Shown one piece after another: positions 37,411 through 50,869 of a stretch of DNA of 64,000 nucleotides. The notes beneath the pieces are model-generated. The model made no database searches. It was not told the origin of the DNA and saw nothing but the letters and a program-made list of their open reading frames with translations. A program made the translations under genes and the position numbers. The stretch covers positions 25,856,001 to 25,920,000 of the forward strand of contig NC_058383.1 of assembly GCF_018350175.1 (NCBI RefSeq). Direction: 5' to 3'. Position 1 is the first letter of the stretch, and every line of letters starts with the position of its first letter. This DNA comes from Felis catus. Its lineage: Eukaryota.

Positions 37411-39329
37411 TAATGGGTTTTTCTAGCCAAACCATTTGTGAGCAGATTGCAGACCTGTTGTCTAAGAATAATGAACAACTGCTCCCCAGCAGCAGTCTGC
37501 TTGCGCCCCGGCTTCTCTGTCCAAAGGCAATCTCTCATCCAATTCTGCCTGTTTATGGGTCTATGTCTCAACTACTATCCACCATTCAGAGGATGACAGC
37601 TATTCTCTTAAAAGAATGTAACAGACTGTGATTCTTGTAAAAGAATGTGATTCAGCCAGTCACCACCACCTGATTTTGCAGGGCAGCAAAACTGCAGCTG
37701 GTGAAGGAATTTCTCACATCCACTGCTGAGGACCAGAATAGTTCTTGGCATAAATTCTCAGTCTTACTCCGGGTTGGAACCTACTCTTTCTGATTAGCTC
37801 AGCACTGGAAAAGAGAGAAGGTCTAAGACTGCCCATGGCCAACACTCCCCAGGCAGGCCAGGCGTGTGTTCAGAGCAGGCTGCTCGCGTGCGCACACACA
37901 CACTGCACCTCCTGGGTAAGGGTCTGCTCTGCACCAGATTCCACGCTAGGAGCTGGGGACCCAGTGGGGGCCAAGGCTGATTTGGTTCCTGCCTCAGAGA
38001 GCTCACAGACCATTAGCAGATGCAGACCAGCAAACTGAAAAGCCTGTACTGAATGTCAGAAGGGGGCAGTACAAGGGGTTATGGGATCCTGAAATCTAGG
38101 CTTGGGATGGAACTCTGGAATTAACAAAGACAGGCTAAGCTCCACAGCTTGAATTCACTGGACAAGTGGAAAAAGGGGCTAGGGGGCAGGATGAGTTTTC
38201 CATACTTGATAATGATGGAGGGAGCAAAGGGCCAAGTTGAGAATTAAAAGGAAGTTGGTCAGACCAGTGTGTATAGTGGCCCCGAGAGTCCCCTGAGGGA
38301 GACATGATATCCCTGGCAGGTGGCCACTAAGAATAGCCCACAATCCCTGCATCTGTCTTGCCCTGCGATCACGACCCTGAATGCTTCAAGGCCCTGGCAG
38401 GTGACATGGAGGAGCAAAGGGGCTACACTGGCTTCACAGGGGCATCCTGGATTGTGGTCTTCCAACTAGCTGGATACACACTGTCTGCATATTAAATAAA
38501 CATGCAGGGGCACCTGGGTGGTTCAGCTGGTTGAGTGTCTGACTCTTGATTTCAGCTCAGGTCATGATTCCAGGGTCGTGGGATTGAGCCCCGTGTCAGG
38601 CACCGCGCTGAGCGTAGAGCCTGCTTGAGATTCTCCCTCTACCCTTCTACCCGACTTGCATGCGCTCTCTCAAATAAAAGAATATAATAAAAAGTAAATA
38701 AAAAAGGAACACTCCATACACAGGAAACTTTCCCTCACACATCAAACACATCTACTCTCTCACATTTGTAGGAGAGCACTGGAGTTCTTGTTCCAGGAAA
38801 TCTCAGAATGTCATCGGATTAATCTAGAAAGAAAGTAGCAAAGGAATTCTTTGTAAATGCAAAAAAATTTGACCCTAGTTCTTGAGAAGTTCTAACCTGT
38901 TTCAACACTGTAAAAGGCTGCCTAGAGTAAGAAAGGGGTGGGGAAACCAAGCGCCTCCCTTGGCCCCCTGGGCCTCTCTCCTCCTAAGACAATTGTCAGG
39001 TCACAATTGCACATCCAGAGTAAACACAGCTGGGCCAAGAAAGAAGGAAAACAACCCACCCAGCCTTCCATTTTCTTCTCTAAATGCCAGAAATCTAGAC
39101 TCCTGTCTATTGCACATAGCCACACTCCCTTTGCTTGCACTCTGGCTCCCAGTCTGCCAGCTGTATAGTTTGGACAGAGGGTTAAACGAATCTGCTCAAA
39201 TAGGAGGATGAGGAGAGGACAGGAGACAGGAAAGGGCTTACCCCTCTAACAGGGCCCAAAGTTTGCAGACCCAATTCCAGGTCAGCGCCTGGTCCTCAGA
39301 AGTGTCTCTACTATTATATGTGCACTTGG

Positions 39330-40270
39330 CAAAAAAGGAAATAAAAATGCCAACCAATAGGAGAGCCGGGGTGGCTCAGTCAGTGAAGTGTCCGACTTCA
39401 GCTCAGGTCATGATCTTGCGGTTTGTGGGTTTGAGGCCTGCATCAGGCTCTGTGCTGACAGCTCAGAGCCTGGAGCCTGCTTTGGATTCTGTGTCTCCCT
39501 CTCTCTGCCCCTCCCCCACTCTCTCTCTCTCTCGCTCTCTCTCGCTCTCAAAAATAAAAAAAGGCAACAAATATAGGAAAAGGTGCTCAATCTCATTGCT
39601 GAGAAATGCAAATTACATTCACTAAAACAGCCAAAATGAAAAAGACTGACCACACGGAGGGAACAAAGGGAACACTCATTCATGCCTAGTGGGAGTGTCA
39701 ATTGGTACAACCATTTTGGAAAACTGTGAGACAGTATCTACCAAAGCCAAACATAAGCAAATCCAATGAGCCATCAATTCCACCCGTAGGCATATTGCCA
39801 GTGGAAATGTACACCAAGAGCATGTATAAAATGTGTTCACAGCAGCACTACCCTCAACAGCCAGAACCAGGACCGTTGGAAACATGCAAATGTTCATCCC
39901 GGAGGGAATGAATAAATTCTGGTATGGTCACCGGGTGGAATACTACACGGCAATGCAAAAGGATGCACTCCAGCTATGCATGGCACAGGTGAATCTCACA
40001 CACACAGAGTATCGAGTGGAAGAGGCCCGACACCAAAGAATGCTTGCTAAACGATTTCACTGACTCAAAAGTCGAAAACGTACAAACTAATCTGTGATGC
40101 TGGAAGCAGAGTGGTGTGCCCTGGAGGGGAAAGTGGGGGCGATGACTGGGTGGGGGCATGATCTGGGTGGGGGTTACCTGGGTGTGTTCACTTTGTGATG
40201 ATTCATTGAGCTTTCCAGCTGGCTGTATGTCTGACATATGTTATGATTTAATTAAAACACTGTTATTTTA
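39330..40270 (+). mobile_element. Old L1M 3' fragment with an inserted Can-SINE (39362-39562)
   Basis: ORF2 C-terminal remnant (VQPFWKTVRQ) and L1 3'UTR motifs. Confidence 0.65.
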
Positions 40271-41364
40271 TAAAAGGAGGCAGCATGACACATGCTCCAT
40301 AGTTCAGGGTGTGACTTGCACTTCCACCAATAACCGGCCACAGGCCCTGGAGTAAACCATGGCGTCTCTCGGAGTCTCCCCTTGCTCACACATAAAATGG
40401 GGATGTAAATGCCTGTCTTACACGCTTCAGGGCCGTAAGGAGTACAGAAGAAAGATCCGTGGAGTCTGGGGTGGGCCTTGGCACGCAGTAGGAGCTCAAG
40501 TCTCGGGTGCTGTCATCATCCACATCAACCTGCCTCCCTAAGTTACATCTTAACTATTAGCCCCCAAATGCCAGCTAGAGGAAGCCTGAGAGTTGTAGCA
40601 GAAGGCCCTCCCTTAGCACTGCAAATGTGTTTCCAGAAATTTCCAAGTGGAGAGACCGTTGCTTAAACCCTAAAGTATGCAATTACTGGCCAACGCGCTT
40701 TTCACAACAATAGGGCCATCTTGGGAAAACCGATAATTAGAGCGGAGGGTCTGACAAGCAGGTGGGTGCTTGGGCTCAGTGGGCAGATGTCTGGAATTGG
40801 GACTGTCCTGTGTTACATCCAGGATGTGAGAAGTCTGCTTTCAAATTCCTGGCAGCAGATGCAGAATGGCTGGTAGCACGTGGGGGAGGCAAGGCCACCT
40901 CCTTCCTCCTGAGCATCTGAAATAGGGGCTCCCTGAGCCTCAGCATCACCTGAAGAACTAGGTAAAAACACCCAGGGTCCCACCTGAGTCTGTGGTTAGG
41001 GGCAGCCCTGGGAGAAGCTCATGCCTGTGGACATCAAACCACCTTTCTAGGTTATTCTGTAGCACACCAGAGAGAGCACGGAGTGAGTGCTTGGAGTGCT
41101 CCCCTAAACTTGTCAGGTCGTCAAAATGATTTTGGATATTTGTTATAGACAAAATTCTCCGGCCTCTTCTTGGGGTTCCCAATTGAGAAGGGGCAGGATG
41201 GGGCTCAGGGATCTGCTCAGGTTCTTACTTGGGCACATGTAGTGAGACCCTGGACTAGAAGTTTCTGGTGCGTAAAACCCTAAGGGATTTAAAAACAAAA
41301 ACATTTTACTGGACTTTCGTGAAATTCCAGCTCGGTGTAGTCCAGTGGGAGGGGCCCCCGCTAC

Positions 41365-41530
41365 CTTTGTCTATGTGGTAGAGATAGGTCTCCTGGCTCA
41401 TGGCGGATAGGAGGTGCAGGACACAGGTGTAGATGCGGATTTTGTCGTCACTGTTGTCCTCCCAGGTGTAGTCCTGGATCACGTTGAGAAGCTCTCGGAC
41501 AAGGAACAGGACCCCATGTTCTGGATGATC
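41365..41530 (-). CDS. VPS35L: VPS35L coding exon (166 nt, [55 protein letters not shown])
   Basis: ccgctag acceptor, AAG|GTAGC donor, phase 0/1. Translated by hand. Confidence 0.95.
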
Positions 41531-42379
41531 CTAGCGGAAAGCCAAAAAAGGATAAATAATGCTAGATAGGAAGTAGGAGGAGAAACCAAAAACCAAAAAT
41601 CCACCAGGACAGAAGCCCGGGTCCCTCCCTTTAGCAGCTCTCGGGGAATGGAAGTGCCAGCTACTTTGCAGGCGAGCCCACTCACAAGCCTGCTCAAACA
41701 CCACTGAGAAAACGGACAGGATAACGTTCACCCCGCCGACGAGCATGCCCCAGTCTGGGGAGATGAGCTTGGAGAGCCTCTCTGGGTCCAAGGAATGAGG
41801 GAGCTAAGTTACCTGTCAGCTTAATGGCCTGTTTCCAAAATTACACACTGGTTCTATGTGTAGAGCAGTAAAAAGTCCTGCTCCTCCGACTCCAAAAGCA
41901 AGATTGTGGGTGTTGTAGCAGATCCAACATCAGAAGCCACCTGCTTTGCGTAAGCCCCCAGTGATCACTGTCACCAGCAAGGGCACCAGCGTTAAATATA
42001 GCCTTGCTCTTCAGGGCGTTCAGTGACATTAACAGCTAAAGTGAGGACGCTCTCTTGGGAGAGGAAAAAACCCAAGAGGCAGAGCGCAGAATGGTGTTCC
42101 TCAGATGCTGAAATGAATCGGAAGAGAGTGCCGGATGCCACGAAGCCAGCAGCTTAGTTCACTTCCAACAAGCTGCCTGCATTTCTGTGGCTCCCCTTCT
42201 GAACATGCTCCATGGAGGCCTACCGCCAAGAGTCAGTGCCCAGCTCTGCTGCCATCGTCTTGCTCACCCAGTGGCCACACTTTGCCCCTCATTCACTCCA
42301 GCCAGCACCTTTATGTCTCCTGGGCCCAGCTGGACCACTCAGAATCCTGCCAGGACACAGTGGGCATGCTCAAAATGGT

Positions 42380-42800
42380 TCTGTGAGGACGAGTTCAAGA
42401 AGGATTATTTATCGAGACAGGGGCAGCGTGAAGGGAGCTGGAGAGGAAGGACAGGCGAGGCACCCGGGGCCTCACGACAGCAGGAAGCCCTTACCGACCC
42501 TGGACTGAAAGCACAAGGTGGGGAGGGGCGTGACCGGAAGTGCAAGACCCGCAGCTGGAGACGGTACCTAGGAGGAGCCACAGCCTCGGGTAGAAGAACA
42601 AGGCCGCTGCCAACCCACGGCGGCATCAGGGGACGGATGCCCCAAACTCGCTCTCCTCCCGCCTTCCAGTCTGCTGTTGGTCCTGCTGCTGGCTGAGCGA
42701 CTCGGAGACCAGAAGGGAGCCCAGGTGAGGCGGTCCCCAGGGGCTGGTCTCCCACACACATCTCCACGGAAGCGCAGAGGATGCTGCGGCCGGCAGCTCG
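42380..42800. mobile_element. LTR33-like ERVL LTR relic, CpG-rich
   Basis: cagcaggaagcccttacc...ctcgctctcctcccgccttcc...ccagaagggagccc resembles the recalled LTR33 consensus. Confidence 0.5.
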
Positions 42801-44074
42801 CGTGACAAGGATGGCTGGCTTCCCGGCCCTACCGGACCCCCCGACTGGAATCTTCATCTGCAAGACTTGGCCACACTGGCTCCTCGACAGCCTCCAGATC
42901 CCATTATACACGCCAGCTCCTCGGCGAGGCCTTCTCCTCTGATCAGCCAGCCAGAGCCTTGCTCACCGCCGGCCCCAGTCTCCATCACAGACCGTCCTGT
43001 CTGTCATTCTGCAGTGCAGTTCTCAAGTGACTTCCTCACTCCCGCAGTGAACTGCCCCACAATATCTCTTGTTTATGCTTATCTTTCATCGTCGCCTGTA
43101 ACCCAGCACGACAGACACTTCATCTGCCGTATTTGCCGATACACAGCCAGGACTGCCCTGGGAACACAGTGTGAACGGTGTCCCACCCTGTCCCTGGTTC
43201 TAGGACAGTGCTGGGCGCAGGCAAGCACCCAGTAAGTCATGGTGGTTGGATTACAGTTTGAGCACCTTCTGTGTGCCAGGCGCTGAGGTGGCTACAAAGA
43301 CGAATAACAGTAGCTAAGTTTTATGGTGGCTATCGTAGCTTTTCTGTGTTCCAGTTAGATATGATCATGACCACCCCCCCCACCCCCAATTTCACAGATG
43401 GCAGATGAACCACAGAATGGTTAAGTGGCACTGCTGGTAGGTGGGGGAACCAGGGCTTGAGCTCTGACAGTCTGGCTCCAGAGCAGAGATTCCTAACTGT
43501 TAATACTGTATTTTTTTTGCCCCTCTCTGACTTTATGGAGCTGGCTAACTAGGGGAAGCCTTACATGTAAGCCAGCTATTTTGTGACTATTGTTTTTTTA
43601 ACCTTTGCTTTTTTTGAGCAAGAAAGAGCGTGAGCAGGGGAGGGGCACAGAGAGAGGGAGACACAGAATCCAAAGCAGGCTCCAGGCCCTGAGCTGTCAG
43701 CACAGAGCCCGAAGGGGGCTCGAACTCAAAAACCACGAGATCATGACCTGAGCTGAAGTCGGGTACTTAACCGAGTGAGCCACCCAGGAGCTCCTCCATT
43801 GCCTACAATTTTTAACTGAATCAAAATTAGGCCTCTGAAGTGGTAACACTAAACCTGTTCAATCAAGTCTGTATGTCCTACCAAATGTTATAGAGAAGGC
43901 TGTCCGCCAAGAGGCTGACCGCTGCTAACACCACAGCAGATTACTTCAAAATGCTCCGAAAGTGACACCGTTTGCTGAAGAGAGGGCTGGCCTGGGGAAA
44001 TGTTTATTTCTGCATTTAAAATGATTTTAAATTTTTTTTCTAAACAAATAAAATGAAGTCTTTTAAAAGCCTTG

Positions 44075-45145
44075 TACACGGTTGGTAGGAATGCAAAATG
44101 GTACAGCCACTATGGAAAACAGCATGGAGGTTCCTTGAAAAATTAAGAGGAGGACTACCAGGGGTGCCAGGATGGCTCAGTCAATTAAGCATCTGACTCT
44201 TGATTTTGGCTCAAGTCATGATCTCGCAATTGGGAGATCAAGCCCTACAGTGGGCTCCAGGCTGAAAGTGAAGCCTGTTTTAAGATTCTTTCTCTCCCTC
44301 TCACTCTGCTCCTCTTTCCTGCTCACGCTCTCTCTCTCAAAAGAAAAAAAAAGAACAGAACTACCATATGATTCAGCAGTCCAGCAATCCCACCTCTGGG
44401 TATTTGTCCAAAGAGTTGAAATCAGGATCTGAAAAAGGTATCAGTATTCTCATGTTTGCTGTGGCACTATTCACAGTAGCCAAGATGTGGAAACAACCTA
44501 AACGCCCACTAGTGGATGCATGGATAATGAAAAGGTGATATACATACACAATGGATTAATATTCAGCCTTAAAAAAAACGGAAATTCTGTCAAATATGAC
44601 AACATGGATGAACCCTGGAAGCCAATAAGTGAAAGAAGCCAATCACAGAGAAATACTCATGATTCCACTTACATAAGGCATCTAAAACAGTTATGTTCAC
44701 AGAATTAAGAATAGATGGTGGCTGCCAGGGGCTAGGAGGAGGAGGAAATGGAGAGTTACTCATCGATGGGCTTATGAGGCACCTGGGTGGCTCAGTCGGT
44801 TAAGTGTCCAACTCTTGATTTTGACTCGGGTCATGATCTCACGGTTCATGGGATCGAGCCCTGCATCAGGCTCTGTGCTGAGAGCAAAGAGCCTGCTTGG
44901 GATTCTGTCTCTGCACGCTCTGTCTCTGTCTCTGCATGCATGCTCGCTCGCTCTCTCTCTCTCTCTCAAAATAGTTTTTAAAAATGGGCTTAAAGTTTCA
45001 ATTAAGCAAGACGAAGACACTCTAGAGAGCTGCTGTACAACACGGTGCCTGTAGTTAACAATACCGTATCACACACTTAAAAATGTGTTAAGATGGTAGA
45101 TCTCTTGTTAAATGCTCTTACAATAATAAAATTAAATTTAAAAAA
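44075..45145 (+). mobile_element. L1 3' fragment with two inserted Can-SINEs (44161-44352, 44777-44971)
   Basis: ggtacagccactatggaaaacagcatggagg ... aataataaaa tail. Confidence 0.8.
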
Positions 45146-46719
45146 TTAAATAAAAGCTGTGACACGAAAGGATATGATCTGAACCAGGTAAAAGCGGGAT
45201 GCGGGAGTTGCCTTCATACTAAACCTACTCACAAGAGACGTGCCTCACGTGAGGCCCATCCTGGGGCCCCGGAGCCCCCAGCCTCGGCTATTCAGGCTGA
45301 ACATCTTCCATATTTATTACTAATGCTGTATCCCACAGGACGGATGGAGGGTTGCTAAGGCTCAGCCTTGAGCTGATAAAGTGCCCTGTCAACGTTTCAG
45401 GCTCAGATGGTGCCGAACAGACCCTGGAGCAGCACAGACCTGCTGCTCTGCTGCTCACTAGCTGTGCAACCTCAAGCTGCACGGGCTCTCCAGCATGGGC
45501 GCCTCACGTGGAAAAGGCACAGTGATTCCTACTTTGCAGGGCTTGGAGGAGGAGTCCCAGAGACTGAAGGCTGCTGAAGGTCTGCAGTACAGCACAGGAC
45601 ACGGGGCAGGCAGTCACACAGGCTATTCATCTCCTGATCTTTACTAAACCCCCACAGAAGCGTGCACACTGATACCAGGAACGAGACAATCCGCTGAGGC
45701 CAGGGGGACGTTCTGGTGAATGCCAGTGGACCAGGCAGGCGACAGAAATGGGTCCAGAAGCACCCATGGGAATTGGAGAGAGTGCACATGCCTCTTCCTC
45801 CCTCCACAGCATGGGCCAGCTGCCGCGGGTCGGAGAATGTGGGGCCCACATGGCAGGATCTGATTCCTCAAGAGGAACTAAAAAGCTGGGTTTTTCTGTG
45901 ATCTACCAATTTTTAAACGTGGGTAATTCATACCAAATGTTTTCCATCATTGTGTGGCCAAAAACCGTGTCTCTGGGCTGGATGCCACCCACTGGTCATC
46001 AGCATGCAACCCCAGGGACAGAGCTTCTGGGTCAAAAGTACTTTCAGATCAACTGTTTCATTCAACCTCATAGCAGCCCCGCCACGCAGGCATTTGGGTG
46101 ACATTTTAGAAAGGTGACAATTATCTGAGGCTCTGAGGAGTTACAAAACGTTCCCAATGCCATAAGGCTGCTGAGTCACTGGGTCAGACGGCACTCAAGT
46201 TTCTGACTCCAAGCACAAGGCTTTCGTCCAGTCTCTGATTTTTAACATGAAGAAAATCTCATGTGTAGAAGGAAAATGCATCCCAATTAACCAACAAACA
46301 ATGACACTGATCAGCTTAGATTACTCCTTAGAAATGCTGCGGTTTTTTTCTTCTTTTTTTTTTTTGGTCCCCTCACTTGACAACTAGACTCTCCAAAATA
46401 CAGAGAAACTGTTTATACAAAGGACTAAGAAGGTGATTTCAAAGCACTGAGGTCAGGCGTTGAGCACTGCCTCCTGACCAAGCCATCTTGTCTCCCCAGA
46501 ACCTGGGATTTCAACCTGGACACTTGGAAGCTAAGTCACTCTTTGTCTCCTCGGCTCCACTGAGAATTCACACACCATTCCAAATGCACACTTCAGTGGT
46601 TAGTATACTCCCAGAGCTGTGCAACTGTCACCACAATCAATTTGAGAACATTTCTGTCACCCCAAAAAGGAACTGTGTACTCATGAGAGAGAGTTGCTTC
46701 CTGGCCTGAGTGCAGAGGG

Positions 46720-47488
46720 ATGTTTTTTCAAGTGCGGTGCTGGACCATCCACACCTGAACTACTCAGGAGGCTTTCAAAAGTGCCAATTCAGGGCCCCAT
46801 CCTAACCTACTGAGTCAACCTCTCTGGGAGGGGGCCCCAAGAATCTGTATTTTAGCACGGATCCCGGATTCCTGTACACATTTGGCTCAACCATGTTTTG
46901 TACCTGGACCCTGTCACAGCCCGGTGAAGGCTATGGGCTCCTCAGGATATGACTTGTAATACAGAAAATACAATAAATAAAAACAAAAAAATAAAATAAA
47001 TGCAGAAAATAAAATATGCAAGACCACAAAAGAAATATAAAACATACTCATCAAAATATTTTTTTCAATATATTTGTTATATAATGTATTCTATTAGTTC
47101 TTGATGAGTATGTTTGATTAGCAATTATGCTAAAATATACTTGTCAAAATATTTTTTCAATGTATTTGTTATACCGTATTCTATTACTTCTTGGTGAGTA
47201 TGTTTAATTAAGTTTTCTGAAATATCTGTCACCTTAAATGTGATATGAACAAACGGTTGATTTCTTTGGTGACAAATTCCTAGCCCTGTGACTACCTGCT
47301 ACTGTGGCTCGTTGCCTATATAACTCACGATGGAAAAAACCAAAAAACTCACAAGGGAGCAAAGGGCCAATTTCAGTTTCACAGAGATTTGTAAAAATTG
47401 AGATTTTTTTTTTCTCATCTAAATTCATGGTTGCCCTGCCAGACTCTCAGGAAGCAAGCAGGGAGACCGTGGGTTAAGAACCTCTGCT
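46720..47488. mobile_element. hAT-Charlie relics (MER5-like then MER103-like)
   Basis: cctactgagtcaacctctctggg...aagaatctgtatttta and terminal gggttaagaacctctg motifs. Confidence 0.5.
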
Positions 47489-48221
47489 AGGGTGAGGGTC
47501 CTGGTGCTGGGTCTGGAGAGACAGAAGCCTGATTCCTGCCAGCCCAAGCCTGACTGCACATCAGAATGTTCCAGAAAAAACCCCAGCATCCTTCCAACAA
47601 TGTCTTCTTTGATCTCCACTATCTCATTTTGGTTTCTAGTACTTGCCATCAAAAGAACATCACCATCACCTTTTACAGGGTTGGACTGTTCTAACCACAT
47701 GTGTATACTCACTCACTTAATCCTCACAATGACCTGGAGATGAAGACACTATTATTACTCCCATTTTATAGATTAGGAAACTGCAGCCCAGACATGTTAT
47801 ATAATTGCCTGAGCCTACAGGGCTAGGAAGAGGGGGAGGGGAGATTCCACCCTAGGCATCTTGGTCCGAGGCCTCAGTCCTTAACCCCTAAGTGGCACCC
47901 ACTTGACTATGTACAGAACCACAACTAATACACCCAGGATACAAAATGAATGGAAAAGACACTGAGTAACTTAGGGATGCCTGGCTGGCTCAGTTGGTAG
48001 AGCATGTGACTCTCGATCTCAGGGTCTTAAGATCGAGCCCCGTGTTGAGGGAGGAGATTATTTACTAAATAAAAGTAAACAAAACACTGAGCAGTGTAAA
48101 CCTCTGACTAGAAAAGCAGCACATAGACACAGATAGAATGTCCCTGCACTTTTAGGGCTAAAGATGTACATGAGGCAGATCAAAGAAGGACATCACCTAT
48201 GGCTCTTCTGGCGAAACGTAC

Positions 48222-48361
48222 CGGAACTATTAATAAAGTAGAAAAGAAATTGCAGAGGAATTCCAGAAGGAATGATTCTGACGGCCGCATCTTTCCATCG
48301 ATATTAATCATCTTTGGAACTTCCGGAATGAGGCTTATAGCGGCTTTGAAGAAGGCATCGG
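48222..48361 (-). CDS. VPS35L: VPS35L coding exon (140 nt, [47 protein letters not shown])
   Basis: ttgcag acceptor, CCG|GTACG donor, phase 1/0. Contained in ORF 48180..48521. Confidence 0.95.
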
Positions 48362-50425
48362 CTGCAAGACAGAAGAAAAGTCTGTGTATGAGAACTCTGA
48401 AAAATTCAGGGTCTGCTTTCTTCTTCACCTGGCTGCCAGGCCTGTCCTGCGAGTTACATGGAAGGCAGGCCATGCTGAGGGCCAGATACAGTGGGCAGGT
48501 CCGACTGGAGGGCTTCTGCAACCTTAACCGACTGGTAGAACATTCCGTGGAGAGGGTACTGCTGTTGCCTCACATCTCCACCTCTCTCCCTCCTTCCTTC
48601 ACTGAGCAATTCAGCTCAAAGAACCTCCATCAGGGTGGCTTTGATAATTAAGTGAAATAAACAAGTGGCCAATTTTTACAGAAAGCCAAGAAATCGTAGC
48701 TGCCGGGGCAGACAGCTCAACCCAGACTGGTTCACCAAACCCTCCCGTTCACCTTGGGAGGAAGGCCACATGCCTGCTCCTTCAGCAGTGTCCTGGGTAT
48801 GCTCGAGGTGCCAGCATGGGACGTGGAGTGGGGTGCAAACTCTGGTCTGCCTGGGTCTACTCCAGCACCATGTTTGTTACACCATATTTGTTAAAGTAAC
48901 TGAACCCTCTGAAGGAATCCACACGTGCACGCCCGTGCACATGCACACACAAGCTTCTAAGGCTTCTGACTAGGTAAATAGTTCTGAGAATCACTTGGGA
49001 GATAAAGATATATATATTTTTTAAGTGTATTTATTTACTTTGAGAGCCAGAGTGCGCAGGGGAAGGGCAGAAAGAGAGCAAATCCCGGTCAGCACCGAGC
49101 ACAACTCAGGGCTTGACATCACGACCTGAGCCTAAACCAAGAATCCGGCACTTGACCGACTGAGCCACCCTGGAGCCCCAAATATTTTTTAAATCACAAA
49201 ATTGTCTATAAAACAAGAAGAACTCAAAGGGTGAGAGAAAGCAAGGGAAGGGGCAAGCAGAGGAAGAGAAGGATGGAAGAGGGATGGAAGAGGAGACGGG
49301 AGGGAGGCAGCAATAGGAGGACAGAGACAGGGAGGAACGGACGGACGGGGAGACAAGCAAGGACTGGAGGTGGGGGTGGAGAGGGAGAGAGTTCTTAAGA
49401 GAACTGCCAAAGTACTCCACATGAGAAAAAGCCTCAAGGTCGAAACAGACAAAACACTGACCTGACAAGTGAAATTTTAAACTACCCAACAAGATCAAAC
49501 GTTTACATGGTCCACATAAGTATACTTCCACCCCGAAACGACTTCCAGCGATGCGGAGAGAACAGTGCGCTGGCACACAGCATCCTGAACCCAAGCGGGA
49601 GCCCCACCCAGCAGCCCAGAGGGGCAAACCCAACAACAAACGCCTGCCCTCTGGGAACAAAGCCCTGCACTTAATGAGAAGAGTATGTGTCTGCAGCTCG
49701 ATGTGGGCTTTTTTTTTTTTTTTTTTTTTTTGGTCTTCCCTCCCTTCCTTCTTCAAAGAAAAAAAAAACCCAAAAACAAACATGTTAAGGAAAGACCATT
49801 CTCTCAGAGTTTTCTCTATAAAGTTACCTCTGGTCCTGAATACTCCCTTCCCAGGCTCTCTCCCACACTGAACTCACACCCTTACGTTCACCTCAGCAAA
49901 TTTATTAAGCACCAACGGTGACCGGGCACTGTGGACACACAAGGAGAAAAGGGGGATGAAAGTTGACAACATCAGTAGGGTGATGAGACTGACCTGATCA
50001 CACTATTTCACACCTACCTACGGGGAACCTGTTGTGTCCTTTGGTCTGGGGGTGGAGGGGGGACGGGGAGGACACAAAGCAGCTGATGTCGATCTTGTTG
50101 TATAGAAAGAGATTAAATACAGGGGCGCTGGGAAAAGACACTTGATATCTCCGCCTACAGATAGTAGTAAATGACACTACTAAAGGGACCACAGACACTC
50201 CTAAGCCCTGTTTTAGGTAGTTTGTATTCTTAGTCCCCAGCAGTCTTATGGGAAAGGCACAATGATTTCAATGCCCACATGAGGAAATAAGCCCAAAAAG
50301 GGGGTGGCCAAATCAGAGTAGCCCAGGGATGGTCAAAGACTGAGCTGAGCAGAGTTTAAAGGCCATCACCCGCACTGAGCAATACAATAAAATTTGCATT
50401 ATTTTTTAAAAAATGTTTTATTTAT

Positions 50426-50844
50426 GGGGCGCCTGGGTGGCTCAGTCGGTTAAGCGTCCGACTTCAGCTCAGGTCACGATCTCGCAGTCCATGAGTTCGA
50501 GCCCCGCGTCGGGCTCTGGGCTGATGGCTCAGAGCCTGGAGCCTGCTTCACATTCTGTGTCTCCCTCTCTCTCTGCCCCTCCCCCGTTCATGCTCTGTCT
50601 CTCTCTGTCTCAAAAATAAATAAACATTAAAAATGTTTTATTTATTTTGAGTGAGATAGAGAGCACACATGCGCGTGTGTAAGTGGGGGAGGTGCAGAGA
50701 GAGCGGAGAGAGAGAATCCCCAGCAGGTTCTGTGCTGTCAGCCTGGAGCCCGATTCAGGGGCTCGATCTCAAGACTTGTGAGATCATGACCTGAGCCAAA
50801 ATCAAGAGTCGGATGCTTAACTGACCGAACCATCCAGGTGCCCC
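50426..50844. mobile_element. Young + Can-SINE (50426-50628) inserted in the tail of an older - Can-SINE (to 50844)
   Basis: 17-bp TSD aaaaatgttttatttat at 50409-50425 and 50629-50645. Confidence 0.9.
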
Positions 50845-50869
50845 AAATTCATGTTTTTTAAAAAAACAC

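Noticed and set aside
42187..42911. Overlapping 168-169-aa ORFs
   Set aside because: Expected from stop-codon scarcity in GC-rich LTR-derived sequence.
48199..48651. 150-aa + strand ORF over a VPS35L exon
   Set aside because: Antisense shadow of a coding exon with no independent support.
49106..49783. 225-aa ORF, the longest in the track
   Set aside because: Runs through a poly-A run, a low-complexity CT tract and a SINE; no recognisable protein.
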